NCBI RefSeq assembly: GCF_002192535.1
Contig: NZ_NAIA01000003.1
Coordinates: 841,201 to 873,200, forward strand
Direction of reading: 5' to 3'
Source: Polynucleobacter hirudinilacicola
Lineage (GTDB): Bacteria > Pseudomonadota > Gammaproteobacteria > Burkholderiales > Burkholderiaceae
Length of the DNA stretch: 32,000 nt
The position numbers were made by a program, and so were the translations under genes. A model generated the notes under the pieces. That model saw only the letters and a program-made list of their open reading frames with translations. It searched no databases and was not told the origin of the DNA. Position 1 is the stretch's first letter; every line of letters begins with the position of its first letter. Of this stretch, positions 24,839-32,000 are shown piece after piece.

Positions 24839-26281
24839 TTAAAGAGCCGTTTTTTTGCTTGCCGCCTTCAATCTGCCGCTCTTGACGGCCTTCGAAAATA
24901 CCTCGAAATCCTGTTGATTCTGCTTTGCATAAGACCTAGCAAAAGAATATAAGGCCTCAGTCAGCTCCTTGGACTGGCCGCAATACCCTGCAATCATGGC
25001 AGCATCACCTGAGCGTGCGTGACCTAGGGCCAAGGCCCATCCAAAAAGCCTTGCATAGTCTGGGAAGTTCTTTAAAGATACTCCTCCTGCACCAATCCCA
25101 ATACCGCCCTTCATATCGCGTAATTGGCGCAAATAGAATCCCTGACTCTGATTGATATCGTATTGAACTGAACCAAAGTTTAAGAAAATATCAGGTGCAC
25201 CCTGAAGCAGTCGTTGACCCGCTACTACACGATGACCCATATCACGATAAATAGATTCACCTAAATAAGGCGTGAGGACAGATTTTTGTGATTCCTTGTA
25301 CTGCAAGAATAATGGGTCATGTTCGCTATCACCTTCAAAATACAAGACCATACAATTGGTACCAACACTGCCAACGCCTACAACCTTTCTAGCATAATCT
25401 TTGAGCGAATAGCGTTGAAATAAAATTTGTCGATCTACGAGCAAGGTGCTGGAATAATTTAATAGCGCCTTATCGATCAGCGATATCAATTGAACGCCAT
25501 AGGCATCTTTCTTGAAGTGCTCAATTAAGGGCGGTCTATTAATGATCTTACGATTCTTGCCAACCAATGTCGTGAGACTCTGGAGTACCTGAATATTCCC
25601 CTGCCCTTTTGTCTCTTTCAAGTAGGCATCAAGATTCTTCTGATGCTCCTTGCTAAAGTGCTTGCGGATATCCTTTTCGCCAATAAATACTTGGGCTAAA
25701 TCTAAATAGGGCATTTTGGCGTATTCATCCATGCGTTTCTGGTATTCAGAAACGATGCGATAAACCAGCTTTTTACCTAATGCTTTATCGCCGCCCATGC
25801 TATCCGAGGCAATCACCGCACTTGCGACTAAACGTTTGATATCCCACTCCCAGCTACCAGGCAGCGTTTCATCAAAATCATTAATCCCAAATACCAATCG
25901 ATGCTCAGCAGTTCCGAATAAACCGAAGTTCGACACGTGCATATCACCGCAAAGCTGAACAGTCACATTTGTTGTGGGCTGATTTGCCAAGTCCTGAGCC
26001 ATGACGGCGGCACCACCTCTAAAAAAAGCAAATGGAGACTGCAACATGCGCTCATAACGAATAGGAATCAAAGATGCAATACGTTGACTAGCCTGTGCCT
26101 CCAATATTGTTACTGGGTCAATTCGCTTCTTGGGAGGCGTGTATTTGCCCTGTTCAGAAAAGTTAACTAGCTTACGTAAAGCCTTGCCATCAGCCATACG
26201 CTTTTTAATACTAGGACGCGGGTCTTTGAATGACTCAACAGACCTAAGGACGGCAAATTGTGGTTTCTGCTCTAAAGACAT
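24839..26281 (-). CDS. DUF2252 family protein
   Basis: 480 aa. The pattern FFRGGAAVMAQDL...CGDMHVSNFGLF...NDFDET is as I recall for DUF2252. Confidence 0.75.
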   Translation of the reverse strand: MSLEQKPQFAVLRSVESFKDPRPSIKKRMADGKALRKLVNFSEQGKYTPPKKRIDPVTILEAQASQRIASLIPIRYERMLQSPFAFFRGGAAVMAQDLANQPTTNVTVQLCGDMHVSNFGLFGTAEHRLVFGINDFDETLPGSWEWDIKRLVASAVIASDSMGGDKALGKKLVYRIVSEYQKRMDEYAKMPYLDLAQVFIGEKDIRKHFSKEHQKNLDAYLKETKGQGNIQVLQSLTTLVGKNRKIINRPPLIEHFKKDAYGVQLISLIDKALLNYSSTLLVDRQILFQRYSLKDYARKVVGVGSVGTNCMVLYFEGDSEHDPLFLQYKESQKSVLTPYLGESIYRDMGHRVVAGQRLLQGAPDIFLNFGSVQYDINQSQGFYLRQLRDMKGGIGIGAGGVSLKNFPDYARLFGWALALGHARSGDAAMIAGYCGQSKELTEALYSFARSYAKQNQQDFEVFSKAVKSGRLKAASKKTAL

Positions 26282-26378
26282 GGGGGCTACCTAAGTATTC
26301 AATTGTTTTACTTATGTTAATGCCTAAGAAAGAGCTGGGATACACTGAACCAACAATTACTTTTCCACGGAAATAAGC

Positions 26379-26855
26379 ATGCAGGATTTCAATCTATACG
26401 GCACTATGGCCTTAAGGCTAGCTTTAGCCCTACTCGTTGGGACTATTCTTGGCCTAAATCGTTGGCTGCACCACAAGTCAGCCGGTATACGCACACACTC
26501 TTTGGTTGCAATTGGGTCTGCTACAGCGATTATGCTGATTAGTGACTTCATGCAGGATGATGCTCAGGCAGTCAGCCGCGTTTTGCAAGGGCTGATTACT
26601 GGTCTTGGCTTTTTGGGTGCCGGGGTGATTATTCATGAGCAACGCTCCAGACGGGTCCATGGCCTCACTACTGCAGCTAGTCTTTGGGCCTGCGCCCTGA
26701 TTGGGGCTGCCTTTGGTGCAGGACAGTTTGTTTTAGGGGGATTGGCTCTGGGAGCTATCCTCATTACACTGGCCTTAGGAGGCCCCTTGGAGAGGCTCTT
26801 TGCTAGGCTAAATGGGGTTAAGAGGAGCTCTGAAATTTCGGGGGATCCAGACTAA
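26379..26855 (+). CDS. mgtC: MgtC/SapB family membrane protein
   Basis: ALRLALALLVGTILGLNRWLHHKSAGIRTHSLVAIGSA is the typical MgtC N-terminal domain. Multiple TM segments. Confidence 0.85.
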   Translation: MQDFNLYGTMALRLALALLVGTILGLNRWLHHKSAGIRTHSLVAIGSATAIMLISDFMQDDAQAVSRVLQGLITGLGFLGAGVIIHEQRSRRVHGLTTAASLWACALIGAAFGAGQFVLGGLALGAILITLALGGPLERLFARLNGVKRSSEISGDPD

Positions 26856-26882
26856 ATAAGCCAGAAATACTAAAACCATGTT

Positions 26883-26911
26883 TTGTCATATTTCTTTGAT
26901 AGGATTGGCAT
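26883..26911 (+). promoter_or_regulatory. Pho-box-like phased heptamers upstream of the small Lys-tail ORF
   Basis: TTGTCAT-attt-CTTTGAT-agga-TTGGCAT, ending 24 nt before ATG 26936. Confidence 0.3.
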
Positions 26912-26935
26912 TCTTTGAAACAATAAGCTAAAGCC

Positions 26936-27136
26936 ATGAGTGAATATCGATACGAAGATGCAGTAAAGCAGTTACAAGAAAGTGGTGCAATTGGCCTTGT
27001 TGACCTAAAAAGCCTCCCCCATGATGATCTTGTAGAGTTGCTTGAGGAAATCAAGGTTTGGTGCCTATACGCTGGCGGCAAAACTGAAAAACTTCCTAAA
27101 GAGTCTAAAAAGAAGAAAAAGAAGAAAAAAGACTAA
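26936..27136 (+). CDS. 66-aa acidic protein with a C-terminal K8 tail
   Basis: MSEYRYEDAVKQLQESGAIGLVDLKSLPHDDLVELLEEIKVW...SKKKKKKKKD has a protein-like helical composition. The overlapping antisense ORF looks like junk. SD is weak. Confidence 0.5.
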   Translation: MSEYRYEDAVKQLQESGAIGLVDLKSLPHDDLVELLEEIKVWCLYAGGKTEKLPKESKKKKKKKKD

Positions 27137-27139
27137 TTC

Positions 27140-28438
27140 TTAGGGAGTCAAACGCTCCTTAGGAAAGCACAACTTAAAGGTACTGCCCTTGCCAGGAGTG
27201 CTTTCAATTGCTAATTGAGCTTGATGTCGACTAGCAATATGCTTAACAATTGCAAGTCCAAGACCAGTTCCACCGGTATCCCGAGAGCGACTTCTATCAA
27301 CTCGATAAAAACGCTCTGTCAGTCTTGAAAGATGTTCTGAGGCAATACCAGGGCCAGTATCACTTACAGAAAATTCTCCCTGCCCATCTGCATTGATGCC
27401 CCATCTCACATGAATTTGGCCAGCATCAGGAGTGTAACGAATTGCATTCGATACTAAGTTACTGAATGCAGAAAGTATTTCTCGTTCTTCGCCCAATACA
27501 TCTTCTTTGGTAAGCACTTCAAAAGTAAAGCTATGATGCCCGTGAGACAAAGCTTCTGCATCATTTTTAAGTAAGGCCATTGATGTTTCAATATTGACCT
27601 TATTTGTCGCCGCTGGCAATGAATTGGCTTCTAAATTGGCAAGCGTTAATAGATCCTCCACCAAACTCTTCATGCGTTGCGCTTGAGACATCATCATCTC
27701 AAAATACTGATCGCGTTGGCCTTTTTCTAGCTCTAAAGATTGAACTGTTTCCAAAAATCCCATCAATACCGTAATTGGTGTTCTCATTTCATGAGATACA
27801 TTGGCAACGAAGTCACGGCGCATGGCATCCGCTTTTTGGAGATCCGTTACGTTTTGTACTAATAATAAATGGCGCCGATTACCAAATGGGAAGGCTTGCA
27901 ACATTAAGCTTAGACTGCTGTCTGGGCCCATGCGCTCAAGCAGTAAAGGCTCATCAAAGTTACGCTTGTTGAGATATTGAATAAATTCTGGTCGACGAAT
28001 TAAAAAATTAATCCGCTGCATCACGTCTCGTTTAAAAACGAGCCCAAAGAATCGTTCAGCAATACTGTTACACCACTCAATCTGATCATCTTGATCAAGC
28101 ATCAAAATCCCGTTTGGTGATGCTTGGAACGCTTCAATAAAGTGATCATGTTGCTGCTCAATATTACGCATTCTTTGCTTCAACGTTTTAACCAAACGCT
28201 GCAGTCTAAAAAATATATCCTCCCAAAGTCCACTTGGTAGAGGCATGCTCTCAACAGAATCAGATTGAACGTACTTACCTAATCTTGCTAGATTGACATA
28301 GGAGTAGACGAGAGGAATCGATAAAAAAGCGATGCCGGTCACAATGGCTAATTCGGGGCCCCAGTTATAAAGGACAATAAATGCGCCGATGAGCGCAAGG
28401 CAAACCAAGAAAATGAATCGTGATAAGGCGGAAATCAT
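27140..28438 (-). CDS. phoR: Phosphate regulon sensor histidine kinase
   Basis: Two N-terminal TM segments, a PAS-like region, H-box FVANVSHEMRTPIT, and the G-boxes DTGPGI and GGTGLGLAIV. Downstream of phoB. Confidence 0.9.
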   Translation of the reverse strand: MISALSRFIFLVCLALIGAFIVLYNWGPELAIVTGIAFLSIPLVYSYVNLARLGKYVQSDSVESMPLPSGLWEDIFFRLQRLVKTLKQRMRNIEQQHDHFIEAFQASPNGILMLDQDDQIEWCNSIAERFFGLVFKRDVMQRINFLIRRPEFIQYLNKRNFDEPLLLERMGPDSSLSLMLQAFPFGNRRHLLLVQNVTDLQKADAMRRDFVANVSHEMRTPITVLMGFLETVQSLELEKGQRDQYFEMMMSQAQRMKSLVEDLLTLANLEANSLPAATNKVNIETSMALLKNDAEALSHGHHSFTFEVLTKEDVLGEEREILSAFSNLVSNAIRYTPDAGQIHVRWGINADGQGEFSVSDTGPGIASEHLSRLTERFYRVDRSRSRDTGGTGLGLAIVKHIASRHQAQLAIESTPGKGSTFKLCFPKERLTP

Positions 28439-28503
28439 GGTGCAATCTTAGACGATCTCTAAAAAGCTCCAAAAATTAGCCCAAAAAGCCTGGTTCTGTC
28501 AGC

Positions 28504-29217
28504 CTAGGTCTCGGTTGGTGTTTTGGTAATCCGGTATCCACTACCCCTGATGGTCTCAATAAAGCGATCGCAATCTACCGGGGTCAATGCAGCCCTTAAG
28601 CGCTTAATGTGGACGTCAACCGTACGCTCTTCGATATAAACTTCATTACCCCATACCTTATCAAGTAAGTTGGTGCGTGAATGAACGCGCTCTGGGTTAG
28701 CCATAAAGAATTGCAGCAGGCGATACTCTGTAGGACCTAAAGCAACTGGCTTTGGCTCACAATTAGGCCAAACAGCCAAGACTCGATGGGAGCTAGGATC
28801 GAGCTTTAAGGGCCCAACAGTAAGTGGGCCAGTGTCATCAATCGGGGTCTGTCTACGCAATAATGCTTTGACTCGAGCAATTAATTCCTTGGGTGAAAAA
28901 GGCTTTGTGACATAGTCGTCCGCCCCAGAATCTAAGCCCATAACCTTATCGGATTCCTCACTTTTAGCAGTTAGCATCAAGATAGGTAGGCCTCTAGTGC
29001 GCTCATTTGCCCGTAATTCCTTCGCAAATTGAACGCCTGACTTGCCTGGAAGCATCCAGTCGAGGATTACCATGCTTGGCAAGCGATCTTTCATCATTGC
29101 GATGGCAAGATCAGTTTGCATTGCTTTCTCTACTTCATAACCGGCATGACTTAGATTAATTGCAATCAACTCTGCAATGGATGGCTCATCTTCAACTATT
29201 AGTATGCGGTGAGTCAT
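28504..29217 (-). CDS. phoB: Phosphate regulon response regulator (OmpR family)
   Basis: Receiver domain ILIVEDEP...ILDWMLPG...LTAK. Winged-helix C-terminus VDVHIKRLR...IETIRGSGYR. Confidence 0.95.
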   Translation of the reverse strand: MTHRILIVEDEPSIAELIAINLSHAGYEVEKAMQTDLAIAMMKDRLPSMVILDWMLPGKSGVQFAKELRANERTRGLPILMLTAKSEESDKVMGLDSGADDYVTKPFSPKELIARVKALLRRQTPIDDTGPLTVGPLKLDPSSHRVLAVWPNCEPKPVALGPTEYRLLQFFMANPERVHSRTNLLDKVWGNEVYIEERTVDVHIKRLRAALTPVDCDRFIETIRGSGYRITKTPTET

Positions 29218-29231
29218 AGTAGGTAATGTAT

Positions 29232-29939
29232 TTATTCTTTATTGGCTTCGCGCACTAAATCTTCATGTGGTATGTGGCGCACATCAGATCCCTTTGCGAT
29301 ATAAATCACAAACTCAGCAATATTTTTTGCATGATCACCAATGCGCTCAATTGCCTTAGCAATCGTGAGCATATCTAAACCGGTGCTAATAATATGTGGA
29401 TCTTCAGACATATACGAAATGAGTTTGCGCACAAAGCCCCTAAACTCTTCATCGATCTGACGGTCCTCAGCCACAACCTCAGCAGCTGCAATGGTATCGA
29501 GTCGTGCAAATGCATCCAAACTACGACGCAATAAATTAATAGCCATCTGACCAGAAAGCCGAATCTCAGCCACATTAATATTGTGTGGAGCGCCGGTCTC
29601 AATGAGACGTTTAGTACGTTTGGCAACGCGCTCCGCTTCATCCCCAGCGCGCTCCAAATTGGTAATCGCCTTTGATACAGCCATTACTAATCGTAAGTCG
29701 CGAGCGGTTGGCTGACGTCTTGCAATCAGCTCAGTACAAGCTAAGTCAATTTGAATCTCAAGATCATTTACGAGTTTTTCATTCTCGATCACAACATTGC
29801 AGGTATCAGCATCCATTTGCGTAAATGCACGCATCGCAGTAGAAATTTGGGCTTCTACTAAGCCACCCATCTCTAATAAACGGCTAGAGAGTGAATTTAA
29901 GTCCGCATCAAATTGTGATGATAGGTGTTTATCTGGCAT
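29232..29939 (-). CDS. phoU: Phosphate signalling accessory protein
   Basis: 235 aa with duplicated PhoU repeats, AITNLERAGDEAERVAK and IAKAIERIGDHAKNIAE. Confidence 0.95.
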   Translation of the reverse strand: MPDKHLSSQFDADLNSLSSRLLEMGGLVEAQISTAMRAFTQMDADTCNVVIENEKLVNDLEIQIDLACTELIARRQPTARDLRLVMAVSKAITNLERAGDEAERVAKRTKRLIETGAPHNINVAEIRLSGQMAINLLRRSLDAFARLDTIAAAEVVAEDRQIDEEFRGFVRKLISYMSEDPHIISTGLDMLTIAKAIERIGDHAKNIAEFVIYIAKGSDVRHIPHEDLVREANKE

Positions 29940-29952
29940 TTAATGTCTCCAA

Positions 29953-30801
29953 TTAACCGAAGCGGCCGGTAATATAGTCTTCTGTTTCTTTGCGCTTAGG
30001 CTTGATAAATATTTCATCTGTTTTACCATACTCAACCATGCTTCCAAGATACATATAGGCAGTGTAATCAGATACGCGGGCAGCCTGCTGCATATTGTGG
30101 GTAACAATCGCAATCGTGTACTCATGCTTGAGCTCATTAATCAATTCTTCAATTTTGCCGGTAGAAATCGGGTCCAATGCTGATGTAGGCTCATCGAGCA
30201 AAATCACAGATGGTTTCACTGCAACACCACGAGCGATACAAAGGCGTTGTTGTTGACCACCCGATAGTGATAAACCACTTTGGTTCAATTTGTCTTTAGC
30301 TTCATTCCACAGGGCCGCCTTATTGAGAGCCCACTCAACCCGCTCATCCATTTCAGAGCGTGAGAGCTTTTCATACAAGCGCACACCAAAGGCAATGTTT
30401 TCATAGATGGACATTGGAAAAGGAGTTGGCTTTTGGAAAACCATACCAATACGTGAGCGCAGCAAGTTCAGATCTTGGCCTGGCTCCAGAATATTTTGGC
30501 CATAGAAATTAATTTCACCTTCAGCACGTTGACCAGGATAAAGGTCATACATGCGATTTAGGGTTCTCAGTAGCGTAGATTTACCGCAACCAGAAGGCCC
30601 AATAAATGCAGTTACCTTACCTTGCTCAATATCAAGATTGATGTCTTTAAGGCCCTGAAAGGAACCATAAAAGAAATTAAGATTTCGAACCTCAAGCGCA
30701 TTGATAGCAGCCTGCTCTGATTGTTGATTTGTTGATTCCACTTTACCCCCTTGACTATCAATCTTATTTAAGTCAAACATTGATTTCATATTACTCATCA
30801 T
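29953..30801 (-). CDS. pstB: Phosphate ABC transporter ATP-binding protein
   Basis: Walker [10 protein letters not shown], signature LSGGQQQR, Walker [16 protein letters not shown] overlap with pstA. Confidence 0.95.
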   Translation of the reverse strand: MMSNMKSMFDLNKIDSQGGKVESTNQQSEQAAINALEVRNLNFFYGSFQGLKDINLDIEQGKVTAFIGPSGCGKSTLLRTLNRMYDLYPGQRAEGEINFYGQNILEPGQDLNLLRSRIGMVFQKPTPFPMSIYENIAFGVRLYEKLSRSEMDERVEWALNKAALWNEAKDKLNQSGLSLSGGQQQRLCIARGVAVKPSVILLDEPTSALDPISTGKIEELINELKHEYTIAIVTHNMQQAARVSDYTAYMYLGSMVEYGKTDEIFIKPKRKETEDYITGRFG

Positions 30802-31664
30802 CCCTGGACCTTCTCACGGAATACCACACGCGCCAAAATATTTAAGCCGAGCACGGCAAATGTGATCAATAAAGCTGCAGCCCAGGCTAAATCAACCCAG
30901 TTATCGTAAGGACTCATTGCAAACTGAAAAATGACCACTGGCAAGTTAGCCATTGGAGCATTCATATTGGTCGAGAAGAATTGGTTATTTAATGCTGTAA
31001 ATAGTAATGGCGCTGTTTCACCGCTCACTCGCGCAAGAGCCAACAAGATACCAGTTATCACACCACTTTTCGCAGCGCGCAAAGTAATCATGAAAGCGAC
31101 TTTCCATTTAGGCGTTCCTAAGGCATAGGCAGCTTCACGCAAACTTCCTGGAACTAAGCGCAGCATATTCTCTGTTGTTCTCACTACAACCGGAATTGCA
31201 ATGAGAGCCAATGCAATCGTGCCAGCCCAACCAGAGAAGTGACGAACTTGTGCCACTACCAATGCATACACAAATAGACCAATCACAATGGAAGGTGCAG
31301 ACAACATGATGTCAGTAACGAAGCGAGTAGTTGAAGCAACCTTACTTCTATCCCCATACTCTGATAGATATAAACCAGCCAGCACGCCAATAGGGGTGCT
31401 GATTAGGGTACAACTAGCAACAATCATGAGACTGCCAACAATCGCATTAGCCAAACCACCGCCCTCTGATCCCGGCGCAGGCGTACTATGAGTAAAGACG
31501 TCTAAATTTATTGAAGAGAAGCCTTTAATAAATAAAATACTCAAGATCCAAAGCAAAAATACCATGCCTAGGACCATAGCCGTCATAGAGAGGACTAAGC
31601 CAATTTTGTTTGCACGCTTACGCTTAGCAAAAATTGCAGGGTCAATATTTGAGAGACCGTTCAT
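30798..31664 (-). CDS. pstA: Phosphate ABC transporter permease PstA
   Basis: Permease with EAA-like loop [16 protein letters not shown] prefer the MNGLSN start at 31664, which forms an ATGA overlap with the pstC stop, over the track's 31706. Confidence 0.9.
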   Translation of the reverse strand: MNGLSNIDPAIFAKRKRANKIGLVLSMTAMVLGMVFLLWILSILFIKGFSSINLDVFTHSTPAPGSEGGGLANAIVGSLMIVASCTLISTPIGVLAGLYLSEYGDRSKVASTTRFVTDIMLSAPSIVIGLFVYALVVAQVRHFSGWAGTIALALIAIPVVVRTTENMLRLVPGSLREAAYALGTPKWKVAFMITLRAAKSGVITGILLALARVSGETAPLLFTALNNQFFSTNMNAPMANLPVVIFQFAMSPYDNWVDLAWAAALLITFAVLGLNILARVVFREKVQG

Positions 31665-32000
31665 GTTTTTAGTCCTTGCTTTTTCTCCATATTCATCAGC
31701 ATCCACTTAGCAACGGCTAAGACAATGAATGTGATGACAAATAGCGCGAGACCCAGCGCAAATAAGGAAGAGTAATGCGCCCCAATCTCAGCTTCACCAA
31801 ACTCATTTGCTAAGGTCGATGCAATTGAATTACCAGGAGCGAATAGAGATGGAGATAAGCGATGGGCATTGCCAATAACGAAAGTGACTGCCATCGTTTC
31901 ACCCAGCGCCCTACCTAATCCGAGCATGATGCCGCCAATCACACCAGCTTTTGTATAGGGAAGCACAACATTCTTAACAACTTCCCAAGTCGTACATCCA
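31661..32000 (-). CDS. pstC: Phosphate ABC transporter permease PstC (N-terminus off-window)
   Basis: The frame stays open to the window edge (..[44 protein letters not shown]), which matches the PstC C-terminal half. Confidence 0.9.
   Translation of the reverse strand, partial: GCTTWEVVKNVVLPYTKAGVIGGIMLGLGRALGETMAVTFVIGNAHRLSPSLFAPGNSIASTLANEFGEAEIGAHYSSLFALGLALFVITFIVLAVAKWMLMNMEKKQGLKT

Noticed and set aside
24740-24952. 70-aa plus-strand ORF spanning the GDCCVxC/DUF2252 junction
   Set aside because: It overlaps the ends of two better-supported minus-strand genes, and the intergenic part is better explained by the phased heptamers.
26282-26378. Pho-box search in the divergent DUF2252/mgtC promoter region
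   Set aside because: The best candidates (TTAACAT-aagt-AAAACAA) match the consensus poorly, so they are not reported as sites.
26357-27081. Minus-strand ORFs 26357..26551, 26478..26660 and 26818..27081
   Set aside because: The first two are antisense to mgtC. The third is Ser/Arg/Cys-rich junk opposite the more protein-like plus-strand 66-aa ORF.
29375-30137. ORFs 29375..29641 (-) and 29940..30137 (-)
   Set aside because: These are alternative frames within phoU and pstB, both of which have unambiguous family signatures.
31665-31706. Longer pstA start ([14 protein letters not shown]...) from the track
   Set aside because: It would overlap pstC by 46 nt. The MNGLSN start forms the classic ATGA stop/start overlap.

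Overview
The window splits at a tRNA-Arg(TCT)/tRNA-Pro(TGG) pair at about 15.0-15.2 kb. By eye, the left part (1-15014) is more A+T-rich and looks like a horizontally acquired island. A full-length tyrosine integrase abuts the tRNA-Arg 3' end. Next comes cargo of small exported or unknown proteins, then a second FimB/E-sized tyrosine recombinase. Beyond that lie a divergent AAA+ ATPase + NUMOD3 DNA-binder pair and a complete Type I R-M operon (orf256-hsdM-hsdS-hsdR). That operon continues into two genes missing from the ORF track: a 59-aa zinc ribbon and an edge-truncated methyltransferase-fold protein with an atypical DFPF catalytic motif. The distal island boundary was not found in the window. 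The right part (15.2-32 kb) is core chromosome of a betaproteobacterial type (Burkholderiales, possibly Polynucleobacter-like; low confidence). It is dominated by phosphate-economy genes. These are a DUF2946-like/TonB-receptor pair, ppk2, and a lipid-remodelling cluster (PlsC-like acyltransferase, PlcP-like metallophosphoesterase, GT4 glycosyltransferase, dgkA, OlsB-like N-acyltransferase). They are followed by ppx, a GDCCVxC zinc-ribbon protein, DUF2252, mgtC, a small Lys-tailed protein, and phoR-phoB-phoU-pstB-pstA-pstC. Several intergenic regions carry 11-bp-phased TGTCAT-like heptamers, which are candidate Pho boxes. No CRISPR array, rRNA or transposase was seen. The best candidates for something undescribed are the extra genes attached to and flanking the Type I R-M operon. 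The apparent recruitment of uncharacterised families (GDCCVxC, DUF2252, the Lys-tail peptide) into the Pho neighbourhood is the other lead.
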